Shown here: positions 1 through 13,400 of the stretch, piece by piece
How the letters are laid out: every line of letters starts with the position of its first letter
How positions within the stretch are numbered: position 1 is the first letter of the stretch
Assembly: GCA_013239625.1 (NCBI GenBank)
Contig: MU053557.1
Coordinates: 4,308,123-4,372,122, forward strand
Length of the DNA stretch: 64,000 bases
DNA from: Lama guanicoe
Taxonomy: Eukaryota
Direction: 5' to 3'
Made by a program: the position numbers and the translations under genes
Notes under the pieces: model-generated
Database searches by the model: none
Seen by the model: the letters and a program-made list of their open reading frames with translations, nothing else
Told to the model about the DNA's origin: nothing

Positions 1-71
1 ACCTGTGAAAGTTCATTAAAAGGTATTTTTCCTAATGCTTACTTATTATTTAAAGGGAAGCATATACACAT

Positions 72-100
72 GTATGTGTGTGTATGTGTGTGTGTGTGCG
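72..100. repeat. Imperfect (TG)n microsatellite
   Basis: gtatgtgtgtgtatgtgtgtgtgtgtgcg. Confidence 0.85.
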
Positions 101-464
101 TATGAATGTTTCTTCTGAGCACATTAAAAACACCGAGGAGGAATTCTGAGAGAAGATTTAAGCCTTGAAAAGTATGGCATCCTCATAGGCAACCAGGGCC
201 TATTAAGTCATAGATTAAAGCAAGTAAATTAATCCATTTGAAGAGCATTTGTTGCAGCAGTTACCTTTTCATTCCTTTGGGACTACGAATATAAATATGC
301 AGAAAATTTTTTCTTTACCCAAAAGGTACAAACTGTACCTGCAGTTTAGGATTTTGCTCTAATCACTTAACAATACACCTTAAAGTTACAATAAAGCTCT
401 GCTTCATTCTTCCCTTATGGTTTCATGCTTTTCCACTGTACAGATGTTCCATAAATTAAAAAAA

Positions 465-1300
465 AATTTTATCAAAATATAATTTATTTACAATGTTATG
501 TGTTACTTTCTGGTACACAGCAAAGTGATTCAGTTTTATATACTTACTTTTTCATATTCTTTTCCATTATGGTTTATTATAGGATACTGAATATAGTTCC
601 TTCTGCTATGCAGTAGGACCTTGCTGTTTAATCTATTTTATATATAGTAGTTTGTATCTACTAATCTCAAACTCCTAACTTATACCTCCACATCACTGCC
701 CTCTTTAGTAATGATAGGTTTGTTTTCTATGTCTGTGAGTCTGTTTCTGTTTTGTAAATAAGTTCATTTGTATCATTTTTAGATTCCACATATAGATATC
801 ATATGCTATTTGTCTTTCTTTTTCTGACTTACTTCACTTAATATGATAATCTCTAGGTCTATCCATGTTGCTGCAAATGCAATTATTTCATTCTTTTTTA
901 TGGCTGAGTAGTATTCCATTATATAAATATGCCACATCTTCTTTATCCAGTCATCTGTCAATGGACATTTAGGTTGCTTCCATGTCTTGGCTGTTGTAAA
1001 TAGGGCTGGTATGAACACTGAGGTGCATCTTTTTGAATTAGAGTTTTCTCCAGATATATGCCCAGGAGTGATATTTCTGGATCATATGGCAACTCTGTTT
1101 TTAGTTTTTTAAGGAAACTTCATACTGTTTTTCACAGTGGCTGCACCAATTTACATTCCCACCAACAGTGTAGGAGGGTTCCTTTTCTCTGCACCTTCTC
1201 TAGCATTTATTACTTGTAGACTTTTTAATGGCCATTGTGACTAGTGTGAGGTGATAACCTCATTGTAGTTTTGATTTGCATTTCTCTAATAATTAGTGAT
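465..1300 (-). mobile_element. 5'-truncated LINE-1 (ORF2 C-terminus plus 3' UTR), older artiodactyl-type
   Basis: Minus-strand ORF 806-1018 encodes [15 protein letters not shown]...[11 protein letters not shown] (L1 ORF2 C-terminus); typical L1 3' UTR towards 470; possible aaaatttt TSD. Confidence 0.92.
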
Positions 1301-1389
1301 AAAATTTTAATAGTTCTCTACCAAGGTTTTTTTGTTTGTTTGGTTGGTTTTCTTTCTTTCTTTCTTTCTTTTTTAGTTTCATGCTACTA

Positions 1390-2150
1390 CAAAAAACAAA
1401 GCAACAAAGTATTATAATAAGCCATCATGTATGTACATCTTTGCTGTCCAAAAGATGGGCATTTAGAAGTTTGGCAGATTTTGTCAAATTGTTGTTCAAA
1501 GAAGTTACTCTAGACTGTGCCCTCACATGCAGCATATGAAGGTGAATCTCTGCCCAATTGCTATTCTTTTCAATATCTGCCAACTTTTTGGGTGGAAAAT
1601 GGTATTTCCATATTTTTATCCACATTCCTTTAATTATGAATGAGGCTGAACATATTCATAAATTTAGAAGCCATTTTATTTATTTTCTGTGAAGTCTCTG
1701 TTCATATCATTTATCCAATTTCATAGTTATTTTCCAAACTTATTATAGTTCTTTAACATAAAATATAGCATCTCTTCTTTCTTATGTATTACAATTAATT
1801 TTTCTGGATAGCAATTTTTACATGGTAGATGTATCATGCTTTTTATAGCTGCTAAGTTTTATGTCTTTCTTTGAAAGAATTTCCTCACTCCAAGCAAGAG
1901 TTTTAAAATACATATTGATTTTTTTAGTACTTGTATGATATCTTTATATTTAAATTTGTATTCTCGTGGAATTTATATGGGTAGGATAAGAATTGAACTT
2001 CACTTCCCAAACTGTTAATTGAATAGTCCTTCTTTTTCTGCTGATTAAAAATACTACCTTTATTGTATACTTAGTTCCTTACATGTTTGAGTGTTTTACT
2101 GACTGGTTTGCTACTTAATATGGTACTATTACTAATGAAAGCGTTAAGGA
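1390..2150 (-). mobile_element. Ancient degenerate L1 (L1M-type) fragment
   Basis: T-rich sequence with decayed antisense L1 ORF2 phrases (e.g. gaaaatggtattt..., aatgaggctgaacat). Confidence 0.6.
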
Positions 2151-2274
2151 AGACATCAAAGTGAAACACACACACTATTTAGGATTACCTCAAGTCCCGC
2201 AAAAGTAAAAAGGCAAACAAATTTAAAATGTAATTTTTTCTTTACATTCTTCTTCTTGGTTGTGATTACTCTCA

Positions 2275-2470
2275 TGCTCACACAGTGCTTCACTGTTTCA
2301 CATATATTTTCTCATTTCATCTGAGGTCTGTAGAAAAGGCATCATTGCTTCTCCACTTTACAGACAAGGAAACAGAGGCTCAGAGAAGCTATGTTGTTTG
2401 TTTTAGGGTATCCTGCTGGTTAAGTGGCAGAACTGGAGTTAAAGTGAGGTTTTTTGACCTCAGGTTCCTA
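2275..2470 (-). mobile_element. MIR SINE
   Basis: Core ctttacagacaaggaaacagaggctcagaga. Confidence 0.75.
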
Positions 2471-2813
2471 ATGAATTGCAAAATTCCTTTGAGAAAGCAG
2501 ACATCATATAAATAACTGGTGAATGAGGACCCCCTCCTTTCTGATCTGTTCCTCTATCTATGACATCCAGCTTCTATTAAAGTACATTCTCCCATTAGGC
2601 ATCATTTTCCTTCAGCTGAGGAAAAAAGTAAAAATCTTGAGTGGTCACAATCAATATTCAATAAACAGTTGCTAAAGACGTTAGTAAAAATTTAGTCCAC
2701 CTCCTACTTTTGATGGGAAAACTGTATCCTCGTTGGAAACTCATCAAATAGGAGCTGCAAAAGATGAGGCTCTTTGGGTGCTAAAAAAAAAAAGTCTCCA
2801 AGTGTTAATATTT

Positions 2814-4671
2814 AAATGTCATTATATGCTGATGACATGTTACTATATATAGAAAACCCCAAAAGGTCCACACAAAAGCTACTAGAGCTGATTGAAGAAT
2901 TCAGCAAGGTAGCAGGTTACAAAATTAATGTTCAAAAATCAGTTGCATTTCTTTACACTAACGATAAATCAACAGAAAAAGAAAGTAAAGAAACAATCCC
3001 CTTTAAAATAGCACCCAAAGTAATAAAATATCTGGGAATAAATCTAACCAAGGAGGTGAAAGAATTATACACAGAAAACTATAAACCATTGATGAAGGAA
3101 ATTAAAGAAGACTTTAAAAAATGGAAAGATATTCCATGCTCTTGGATTGGAAGAATCAATATTGTTAAAATGGTCACACTGCCCAAGGCAATCTACAGAT
3201 TTAATGCAATCCCTATCCAATTACCCAGGACATATTTCACAGAACTAGAACAAATCATAATAAAATTTATATGGAACCATCAAAGACCTAGAATTGCCAA
3301 AGCATTATGGAAGAGAAAGAAAGAGGCTGGAGGAATAACTCTCCCAGACTTCAGACAATACTATAGAGCTACAGTCATCAAGACAGCATGGTATTGGTAC
3401 CAAAACAGACATATAGACCAATGGAACAGAATAGAGAGCCCAGAAATGAACCCACAAACTTTTGGTCAACTCATCTTCGACAAAGGAGGCAAGAATATAC
3501 AATGGAATAAAGACAGTCTCTTCAGCAAATGGTGTTGGGAAAACTGGACAGCAGCATGTAAAACAATGAAGCTAGAACACACCCTTACACCATATACAAA
3601 AATCAACTCAAAATGGATTAAAGACTTAAACATAAGACAAGATACAATAAACCTCCTAGAGGAAAACATAGGCAAAACATTATCTGACATACATTTCAAA
3701 AATTTTCTCCTAGAAGAAATAAAAGCAAGAATAAACAAATGGGACCTAATGAAACTTACAAGCTTCTGCAGAGCAAAGGAAACCAGAAATAAAACAAGAA
3801 GAAAACCTACGGAATGGGAGAAAATTTTTGCAAGTGAAACCGACAAAGGCTTGATCTCCAAAATATATAAGCAGCTCATACGACTCAATAAGAAAAAAAT
3901 AAACAACCCAATCCAAAAATGGGCAGAAGACCTAAACAAGCAATTCTCCAAGGAAGACATACAAATGATCAAAAAGCACATGAAAAAATGCTCAATATCA
4001 CTAATTATCAGAGAAATGCAAATCAAAACTACAATGAGGTATCACCTCACACCAGTCAGAATGGCCGTCATTCAAAAATCCAAAAATGACAAATGCTGGA
4101 GAGGCTGTGGAGAAAGGGGAACCCTCCTACACTGCTGGTGGGAATGCAGTTTGGTGCAGCCACTATGGAAAACAGTGTGGAGATTCCTCAAAAGACTAGG
4201 AATAGACTTACCATATGACCCAGGAATCCCACTCCTGGGCTTGTATCCAGAAGGAAATCTACTTCAGGATGACACCTGCACCCCAATGTTCATAGCAGCA
4301 CTATTTACAATAGCCAAAACATGGAAACAGCCTAAATGTCCATCAACAGGTGACTGGATAAAGAAGAGGTGGTATATTTATACAATGGAATACTACTCAG
4401 CCATAAAAACCGACAACATAATGCCATTTGCAGCAACATGGATGCTCCTAGAGAATGTCATTCTAAGTGAAGTAAGCCAGAAAGAGAAAGAAAAATACCA
4501 TATGAGATCGCTCATATGTGGAATCTAAAAAACAAAAACAAACAAACAAACAAAAACAAAGCATAAATACAGGACAGAAATAGACTCATGGACAGAGAAT
4601 ACAGACTTGTGGTTACCAGAGGGGTGGAGGGTGGGAAGGGATAGACTGGGATTTCAAAAAAAAAAATGTCA
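2814..4671 (+). mobile_element. Young 5'-truncated LINE-1 with uninterrupted ORF2 3' half, partial 3' UTR, A11 run and 8-bp TSD aaatgtca
   Basis: 570-codon open frame 2816-4528 with YADD reverse transcriptase (RT) motif, KYLGI and C-terminal CWRGC...HCWWEC; TSD at 2814-2821 and 4664-4671, with ttt/aaa endonuclease-type site. Confidence 0.97.
2816..4528 (+). pseudogene. Truncated L1 ORF2p reading frame (RT C-terminal part to Cys-rich end); lacks the endonuclease and N-terminal RT subdomains
   Basis: ORF track translation; no stops or frameshifts; no L1 promoter upstream. Confidence 0.9.
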
Positions 4672-5279
4672 CTTCAGAAAAATTTAGAATATTTTGGTCC
4701 TCAGAAGGATTCCTTGCCTCTCCTCCTCAGGTCATGAAACGTTTGAACTTGGTTGGAGACTTTCTGCCTTTCCCTACAGTTGGAATCCCCTTGAAATCAA
4801 AATCAATCATATAATCAAAGTATTTGTTATTAGTTTTTCAATAGTCATGTCTCACAGCAAAAGCCAAAGTACCCCACTGAATCCTGGGGGACCTCCTTAG
4901 GCAAAACACTCTGTCCACATCCAGACTTCCATGTAGAGAAATGGGGCTTATTTTCTCAACAAGTGGATTCGTGTGATTTCAATATAAAGGATTATCCAAT
5001 TCAACTTTTAGCCCATGTCTTTCCACACATTTTGAAGCATTTCAAGAATTACAAACCCAAAATGTTGAAAACTTTCTGTCCAGTAGAACGTTAACAAATG
5101 TATATGTCCTATTTATCACAAGAAGTCATCGAGGAAACCCCCAGGACCTAGAGGAGCTGTTGCTTAGAGCATACATGAATTTACTCACTCCCTCACCTAC
5201 TCCTTCTGTTAAATCCTGAGCAAAAATGAACATGGTCTCTGTCTTTATGGAACTGACATGCTGATGGAGATTTAGGCCT

Positions 5280-6730
5280 ACCATTTCACTATCTATTCTC
5301 TATTTGTTCCATTCATTTTTTTTGTTCTTCTGTTTTTCCTTTCCTGTTTTTCTTAGGAGTAATTTAATATTTTTTTAAATTTATCTATTGGATTTGTAGC
5401 TATTTGTGATATTACCGTTATTTTATTTTTATTATTCAAGTGGTAGCTCTAGGGGGTTGCAACATATATTTTTAACATTTCAGCCTGCTTAGAGTTAATA
5501 CTGTGCTACTTTATGTGAAATGAAAGAAACTTGCAACTGTACAAGTTTATTTACCCCCAACACTGGTCCTTTATGCTACAGCTGTCATAGCTTTTACATA
5601 CATAAATGTTATAAACCCCACAATTCAAATTTACAATGTTTGCTTTAAAGAGTCACATATATTTTAAGGAAGCGATGAAGAAAAATGATATTTTAAAAAA
5701 ATATTTACCTACATGTTTATCATTTCTGGCATTCTTCTTTTCTTACCGTAAGAGCCAGTAAGTACGATTTTCCCTTCAGCCTGAAACACATCTTTTGGTT
5801 TTCCTTAAAATGTAGGTCTGCTAGTAATAAAGTCTCTAGCTCTCTTTTATCTGGAAACATTTTTATTTCAACTTAATTCTTGAACAATGTTTTTTAACTG
5901 ATGTAGAATTCCAAGTTGAGAAGTTTGTCTGTTTCTCCCGTTCTCTCCCTCTCTCTCTCCCTTGTTCTTAGGACCTTCAGGATATAGCTGCACTCTCTTC
6001 TGGAATCCATCATCACCAGTGAGAAGTCAGAGATGATTTGTCGTCTTATTCCCTCATAGAATGTGCCATTTTTCTCAGGCTGATTTCAAGGTTTTCTCTT
6101 TTGTTTTCAGCAGTTTGACTATGATGCACCTAGATGTGGTCTGACTTGTATTTATTCTATGTGGGATTACTTTTCTTCTCCAATCTGTAAATTTGTCTGT
6201 GAATCGGTTTCTCCAAAGATTTTTTTCTGTTCTGTTCTCTCAACCCTTTCCTTCTCGGATTCCACTTACATATTTTTCATATTTTGTGTATGGTCCCCAA
6301 AGTTGCAGAGGTTGTATTAAATTACTTTTAGTCTTTTCCCTTTTCTTCAGGTTGGATTATTGCTATTGCTCCATCTTCAAGTTCACTGACTCTCCCATCT
6401 GTCATGTCTCATCGGTTGTTCAGTCAACCCAGTAAATGTTTTATTTCATAAACTGTATTTTTCTGCTCTAAAATTTCCAGTTTTTAAATAGATATTTTTC
6501 TTTTTTGAATTTGCTTATTTGTTATAACAATTATTTTACTTTATATCTCTAAGCTTGGTTATAATGCTGCTTTAAAATTTCTGTCTGCTAACCCCAACAT
6601 TTAGGTTATCTCAAAGTCACTCTTCTCTGATTGCCTTTTCTCTCAAGTATGAGTCAATAGTTTCTTGCTCTTTGAATGTTAGTAATTTTGATTGTATCTA
6701 GGACATTGTGAATGATACATTATAATGAGA
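5280..6730 (-). mobile_element. Ancient L1 (L1M-type) ORF1/5' region inserted into an L2 remnant
   Basis: Antisense L1M phrases (gtaggtctgctagtaataaa, cagcagtttgactatgatgcacctagatgtgg, tcttcaagttcactgactc); L2-like sequence on both sides. Confidence 0.7.
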
Positions 6731-6793
6731 AGCCATAACTGACTGATCCTATCTAGGACATTGTGAATGATACATTGTAATGAGAAGCCATAA
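6695..6793. repeat. 44-bp direct repeat pair with 11-bp spacer
   Basis: tatctaggacattgtgaatgatacatt(a/g)taatgagaagccataa at 6695-6738 and 6750-6793, one mismatch. Confidence 0.95.
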
Positions 6794-9700
6794 ATGAAGT
6801 GCTTTAAGGGCAGGGAAAATGATCAATTGTCTCAGAAAGAAGTATTCTGGTCACTGCATGGAGAATGGAGTGGATGTGGATGGAACAGTTGGGAGACTGC
6901 TGCAGTAGTTTGGGCAAGATGTATTATTAACACTTACTACAAAGATGGCAGTGCAAAGTTGGAACAAGGTAGAACAGGTTGCAATGAGAGACCTGGGAGG
7001 AATTTAGGTAACAGCTGCCTATGTTTTCCTAGGTGACCCACTCGTACCTTTTACCCAAAAGGCCAAACAGAATACCATTCACCACCTTCCCATGAAAGAA
7101 ACCTCAGCAACTCCTGATGCTTCCTTCCTGCTTCACTCTCCACAATCAAAAAGCTCTCAGGTCTCAGCAGTTCTTCCCTTAAGATATCCTCCCACTGACT
7201 GCACAGCCTTATGCTTTTTGTCCCAAATGAGTGAAATAGCCTCCTGAGAACTCCCTATTTCCAGTCTCAATCTTTTCTTCCATACCCTTGACTCTGCTTC
7301 CAGGGCTATCTTTTCCACAGATCCAATTTAATTATGTTATTTCTGTTTAACAACTTTTCAGGACCCCTATTTGGTGCAAGAGAAAGTCCAGATTCCATAG
7401 CATGGCATATGATTCTCATGGCATATGAATCTTTCTTTCTTTTCTTTTTTTTTTTTGCCAAATGTTTTTACTCACATCCTATTTGCTGCAGAAAAAGGAG
7501 GAAAAGTGACCGAGAACTTTGTCCTCCCATTGCCAATAGTTTCATGAGGGAGAGAGAGACCAGTCTGAATTTCATCTTCCTCTACTTCCTCCACTGCCCT
7601 CACTCCCCTCCCTAAATTTCCTCCAGCACACAAAACTTTTTGCCATAATTAACCGTTTATTCCATTCCTTGGTACCTCAGCCTTTGGACATGCTGTTTAC
7701 TCTCCTTTTTTCCTTTCCTCCCTGTTAAGAAGACCTAAATCAGATACTATTTTTTCTAGCTCCCCATACTCCTTGTATAATTATTTTTTCCCACCTGTTC
7801 ATTCAAATCTCTATTTCTTGGGTAGCAGAGTTTTTATAACTGTCCATATAATTTCACATTTCCTCTCCTGTCTCGCTTGTAAGCTGTAAAATCTTTAGAG
7901 GCTGGGAGCTTGTCTAAGTCATCTTTTGTTCTGTCACCCAGCACACTGCCCAGCCCCTAGTCAGCAATCAATTGTTTATTGACTCTTTTACTTCCTTCTC
8001 ATTTTACAAATGGGGAAATGAAAGTCCAGAGAGGGGAAGTGGCAAGCCTTGCAAAAGGATGTGGACTTATTTTTAAGATCACTGTTTCCAAGTAGGGGGT
8101 TGTCAGTATTTATCTGGACAACATACTGGAAGGTTTTTCATGGAGGTGGCTGGACTTAAGCTGAACTGACAAGTATAAGCAGGATTTGAGATTGTGGGTG
8201 TCTAAGTGGAAGCTGGTGGAAGTTGGACTAGGGGTGCAGAATTTGATCAGCAGCTTAATGGCTTCTACAAGCTGAATCCATGAATACAGATTGCTAGCTG
8301 GATAGCAAAGGAGCTGTAATGAAAAGAGAACTAACCTGCAAGGGAAAAAAACTGGATTCTATTCATAGTGTACATCACAACATGTGGTCCTGGACAAGTC
8401 CTGTCTCCTTTCTGAGCACCAACTTCTAACAATCAAATAAACATCAACAATAACAACACTTACAACCACTCAGGGTTATTAAACCTTTACTATGTTTCAG
8501 GCACTATTTTAGAACCTTTTTGTTTTACAGATTAAGATACATACTTTCAAAGAGTTGAAATAATTTGACCAAGATTATCCTAACTAATAAGTGACAGAAC
8601 TAGGATTTTTGCTCTAGCATGTTGCACCAGATAATCTAAATTCCAACTTAAATATGAAGACTTTAACAGAGTTTCTGCCACAGCAAACCTTGGCCATCCT
8701 CGAGCTGATTACGAGTCCCTCGCCTATAAGGAGATCTACACACCTAGCTCCCTCCCAGCTGAAGGAAACGTCTCACCTGGAAAGCCTGGGGATTATCTCT
8801 GGTTTGTACACACATAAAAGACATGAATCATTTGAGATTGTAGCTATGTCCTGAATTAGCTGTGAAGGGAAATCATTGTTTTTAAAAATAGTTTCAGCAC
8901 GCAGAGGTCTTACCCATGTGATCCTATATTTCACTGCTATTTTCCGTCTTAAAATATTATTAACCATATCAGCAACTTAGCACTTTCACATACATTATCT
9001 TACTCAGTAAACACAATAGCCTGTCCTCCAGATGAGAACACAGACTTCGCCTGCTATTTTCCTGAAAGCACACAAACAGTAAGTAGTGATAGCGTGTGAA
9101 CTCCAAATGCCCTTCTCTGTCATCTTCTCAGCTCTAGAACATGGGTTAATCACAAACACAGGTAAGTTATCTGCAGTGTACTATATTTATTGAAATGTGA
9201 ATTATTAAGATACTGAGTAATAGGCATTCTAACTTTCTTTGGCTGCTTTGAAGCTCCTTAGAAGCTCCGAGCTGGGAGGGTTCCTACAGGATCATCAGGC
9301 CACTACTCCTCTTCTCTCTTTACCATTTCCACCCTCCAATTTTTGAAACACTCCTATTTTCTGGTGACCTGGCCTCGGAAGGCATCCCTTTTTATCTCAG
9401 AGCAGTTTTGAAAGTTACTAACCTTCTTTCTTGAATAAAACCTGCCTCCTGACATTACCACCCATTGATCCTCAGACTTTTGCTGTTTCCCTCTAGAAAC
9501 CCCTTCAGATAATTGATTCCAGTTCTCATCAATTTTGTTTTCATTACCTCTGTGAACTTGTCTGGGCCTCAGTTTCCTCATCTATAAAATGAATAAATGA
9601 AATGGACTTGTCAGGCCTCCATAAACTTTTCCTCCAATGATCCTATGATATTTTCAATGTCCAAAGAACTGTACCCCAAACCAAAAACGCTTGCTTGCTA

Positions 9701-10189
9701 CCAGGAACTCTGTAAGGAAAGTGTTCCCTAAGATTTTGGCCATTGTGTCTTTTCCTTCCTTCCATTCTGTTTGTGTTTTTCTGGAGATGGAGAAGATAGT
9801 GTAGAGGAGGGGGGGGGCGCCTGCCTCATTGTTGACGCTGCCATGCACTCAAGCCGGGAAGAGATGTGAGTCGTTAGGGATGCTGAAATCCCAAAACAGC
9901 CCCACCTCTTCCCACCTTGGCTTCCTGCTTCATTTCCAAATTACAGGGAGGTTTCCAGACTAAAATCCTGATTGACTGGCATTCACCCAGAATCCCACAC
10001 AGCCTCCTCTCTGGCACCTTCTCACAGATTCCTCAAACCTCCAAGTGCATCCGTGACCTCTATCCCCAAATCTCCTCTGATAAAAGAATGAAGCCTTTCT
10101 ATAATACTTCTGAAAATACAGAGGGCCAAATATTTATAAAATCTGATGAGATCCATATACTGACTAGTGTGTGAAACAGTAGTAACAAT

Positions 10190-10450
10190 GAAAGTTATAA
10201 TAAATAGCTATTAAAGAGTAAATACGTTCCAGACACAAGGCCAAAAATAGTATGTGCTTTATATTATTAGATTTTCATAATAACACTATGAGGTCAGCAC
10301 TGCTTTCATCACTATTTGATAAATGATGAAATAAAACTTTAAAAGAATAGATGTCACCTGCCCAGTGTCATACAACCAACAAATGGTAGAGCCAGAATTC
10401 CAGCCCAAATTTGTCTAACTCTGATGCTTGAACACTTCATGCTGAACAAA
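10190..10450 (-). mobile_element. MIR SINE
   Basis: cataataacactatgagg...cacctgcccagtgtcataca...gccagaattccagccc. Confidence 0.65.
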
Positions 10451-13400
10451 AATGCCTTATTTTTTAAATGATGTTTTAACACTTTTGAACCTATATATCC
10501 CTTATTTCCTGAAGCTTCCAGGATACCTCCCAAATCCAACTTAGAGATCTCCGCTGTATTTCATTGTACCTGTGCATTCTTTTATGCTAATGCTTAGCAC
10601 ACTGTCTGAAGCCTTTCCCTTGTCTTTCTTGTACTCTAGACAGTAAACTACTTGAAGGGAAGAGCTGTGTCTCTTTGTGTTTGTATTCTTTGTTCCTAGC
10701 ACATCTTTCTTCTCACTGACAGGATTTTAGGGCACTCTTGTTCTAGAGGATTATCAGTAGCTCTTGGTTTTACAGCCAAAGTCAAAAGTTGATGGATTAG
10801 GGGACAACAAATTCCACCCAGCCCTTTTTGTACATGTAGGGAATTCTTCTTGGTGTTTCCCGAAGGGATGGAAGCTCAGGCGTTGTGTTAAAGAGAAGGA
10901 AAGCTCCAACTGAGAGATAGCTTCTCTGAGATTAAGTAGTGTTGTGGCATTTCAGAAATTTTTTTTTTTTTTTACAGAGAGCTTTCTGGAATACTGACTG
11001 CTAAATGTCTGTGGATCATGGACCGTAAGCTTTGTGTTATTGAGAAAAGAAGGGAGGGTCTCTGTAGCTGAGCCTGGCTCAGTGCAGAGAAAGGGTATGA
11101 GAGCTACTTCCGAGCCCATCTGGAGGACCAGTGACGGCCAGCAGCATGGAGTAGCCACAGCAGAAGTCACAATGCTGGGTACCTGCACTGTCATTAGGAC
11201 CCAGCCTTCCCCACTTTCCATACCCTTTAAGCTCCCAAGAGTCTTACACCACCCTAAGGAAGGCAGATCCCTCAAGCATGATAGATTCCGTTTACTAGAA
11301 ACCCTCAGGTGCAGGGTTGAGACATTTATTACACCAAAATCATGGAGCAAACTCAGACCTGTTCCAATTACATATGGACATCAGCATGTGTACATAAAAA
11401 TTTTCTAGGAGAACATGAAAGAAACTGCTGAAGGATTCAAGGCCATGAGACTGAGGATCTAGGGAGGGGGAAGATATGTTGTTTCACTGAAAATGTTTTT
11501 ATATTGCTAAATATTTATACCATGTGCACGTATAATTTGTACAATAATATAAAAATAAGCTAACTTATGTAATACATATAATAAAATATATTTTAAAATA
11601 CTTAGCTCGAATTCTAAATGACTGGAATTTAATCAGTCCTCTGCAGACACACAGGTTGAGCCTAAGCTGTGTTTTCTGTAGGATTCAAGGGAAAGAACTG
11701 TGGGGCAAGTCTGCCAGGAGGTTATTTACATGGGACATTAAAAAGTCTCCTGAGAAGCGTCCAGAGAAGCATGGAGGGAGTGATTCAAAACAACAGTAGT
11801 AATAAGAGAAATCACTAACATTTAATGAAGGCAAAATACTAAACTCTACACGATCTCATTTAAACAGTCCAATCAAGCAGATTTTCATTATTTTCCCCAA
11901 GGAAACTGACATCTGAGAGGTTGAATAACTACCAAGTGGCAAACCTAGGATCTGATTCCAGGCAACCTAAAGCCAGAGCCCGAGTTCCGCACCTGTGCAT
12001 GATGACTCTGTGTGAGTAGAACCCATTATTGAATATGCAGATTCCCTTTCCACCCCAGCCCTCTTGGTAGCATAACTGCCTCTAGCAGGGATAGTAGCAA
12101 CCAGACCCAGTCCAGCAAGAAAAATGGCAGACCGCACGTGGCCACCTGGAGAGCCAGTCTTTGGATTACATAGGAGATACTTCTTAGAGATTCCTAAAGC
12201 TATCTGGAAAGAACTGAGAGGAACTGGTGTTTCCACAGAGAGGACAGAAGGGCAGAGCCAGAGACATACGGTCTTGTGGTTGTTATCGTGACCCTATTTT
12301 TATCCCTTCTGGCCTAGGAAATAGTTCTCTATAACGATGTTTAAAGGAAACGGGAAACGTCAAAGAAGTCGCGAGAATAAGATTGTCTCAATCTCACAAA
12401 GCTGTGTTACCTGAGTTTTAACTGTAGAGGAAGAACCTTGAAATTCTGCAGATGTCTTCAGTCTAGTGGTGCTGATGACACCTAGAATCAAAAGAAGAAG
12501 GGTCAGGAGAGAATAGCCAGCATAACAATGCTCTGCTATTTCTCCTCCTTGACGGTGGAGTGGAAAGTTAGCTCACTGTTTCCTGAGACTTTGCACATAT
12601 TGGTGTAAATCACTGCACCCTCATTCACTCATGAATTACAAGACTGAGCCCAACAGGGACTGAATACATTGAGTGTCAAGCTGTCTGAGCTGGAGTGAGA
12701 AAGGAACTTGAAGCTCACCTTGTGAAGTGGTTTTAACTTTTGTGCTTGTTATCTTTATAATCCTCCTCTTTTTCTTTCTACAGATGAGATCTTATGCAAA
12801 ACCCTACCATATAAAAATACAACTGCTCCATGTGAAATGTTCCCTGATGCCCAGCCCTGCAGCCACTGATTGGAGCACTTTGAGTTGGCTCCAAGTAAAT
12901 GGGCCATGTGATATACTGCCAAACTGGAACAATTTTGCCCATGAAAGGAGCCTCTACTAATAATTGTGCTGTGACAACAGATGTAAACTGAGACTGCTCC
13001 AGGCAAATCAGAAAGTATGGAACTCTACTTTTAAGGAATATAGTTTGGAAACTGTTGGCTCAGTCCAACCTTTGCATGCGAGAGATGAGGATTATAGCCC
13101 CCAGACTTTCTGCAACTTTACCCCCTGATGAGAACCAGGAAACTCCAAAGCAGTCAATCCATTGCCTCTGTCTAATCCACCTTGAAATAAACAAACTGGG
13201 AAATAACTGAATTTTTTTAATAAAAATTGAGTTAATGTTGGGCATCTCAAACCTCTGCAATTTCAGTACTGCACATTGTTATTCAAGTCACCTCACCTCT
13301 TATACTCAGACATCTACCTTAGCCTCATCCAAAGCAATAAGGTTTGTGACATCATGGAGCTTTTCTGCTGGTCATAGTTTTTTCTAATACTCAATAAAAC

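Noticed and set aside
3305..4026. Hydrophobic minus-strand ORFs (65 and 186 aa)
   Set aside because: Antisense shadows of the A-rich L1 ORF2.
6695..6793. Repeat-spacer-repeat as a possible CRISPR-like array
   Set aside because: Only two units, an 11-bp spacer, mammalian context and no cas genes.
12740..12790. Strong-looking splice acceptor (polypyrimidine tract plus tacag)
   Set aside because: No partner donor or coding frame identified; such motifs are common, so an lncRNA exon cannot be supported without RNA data.
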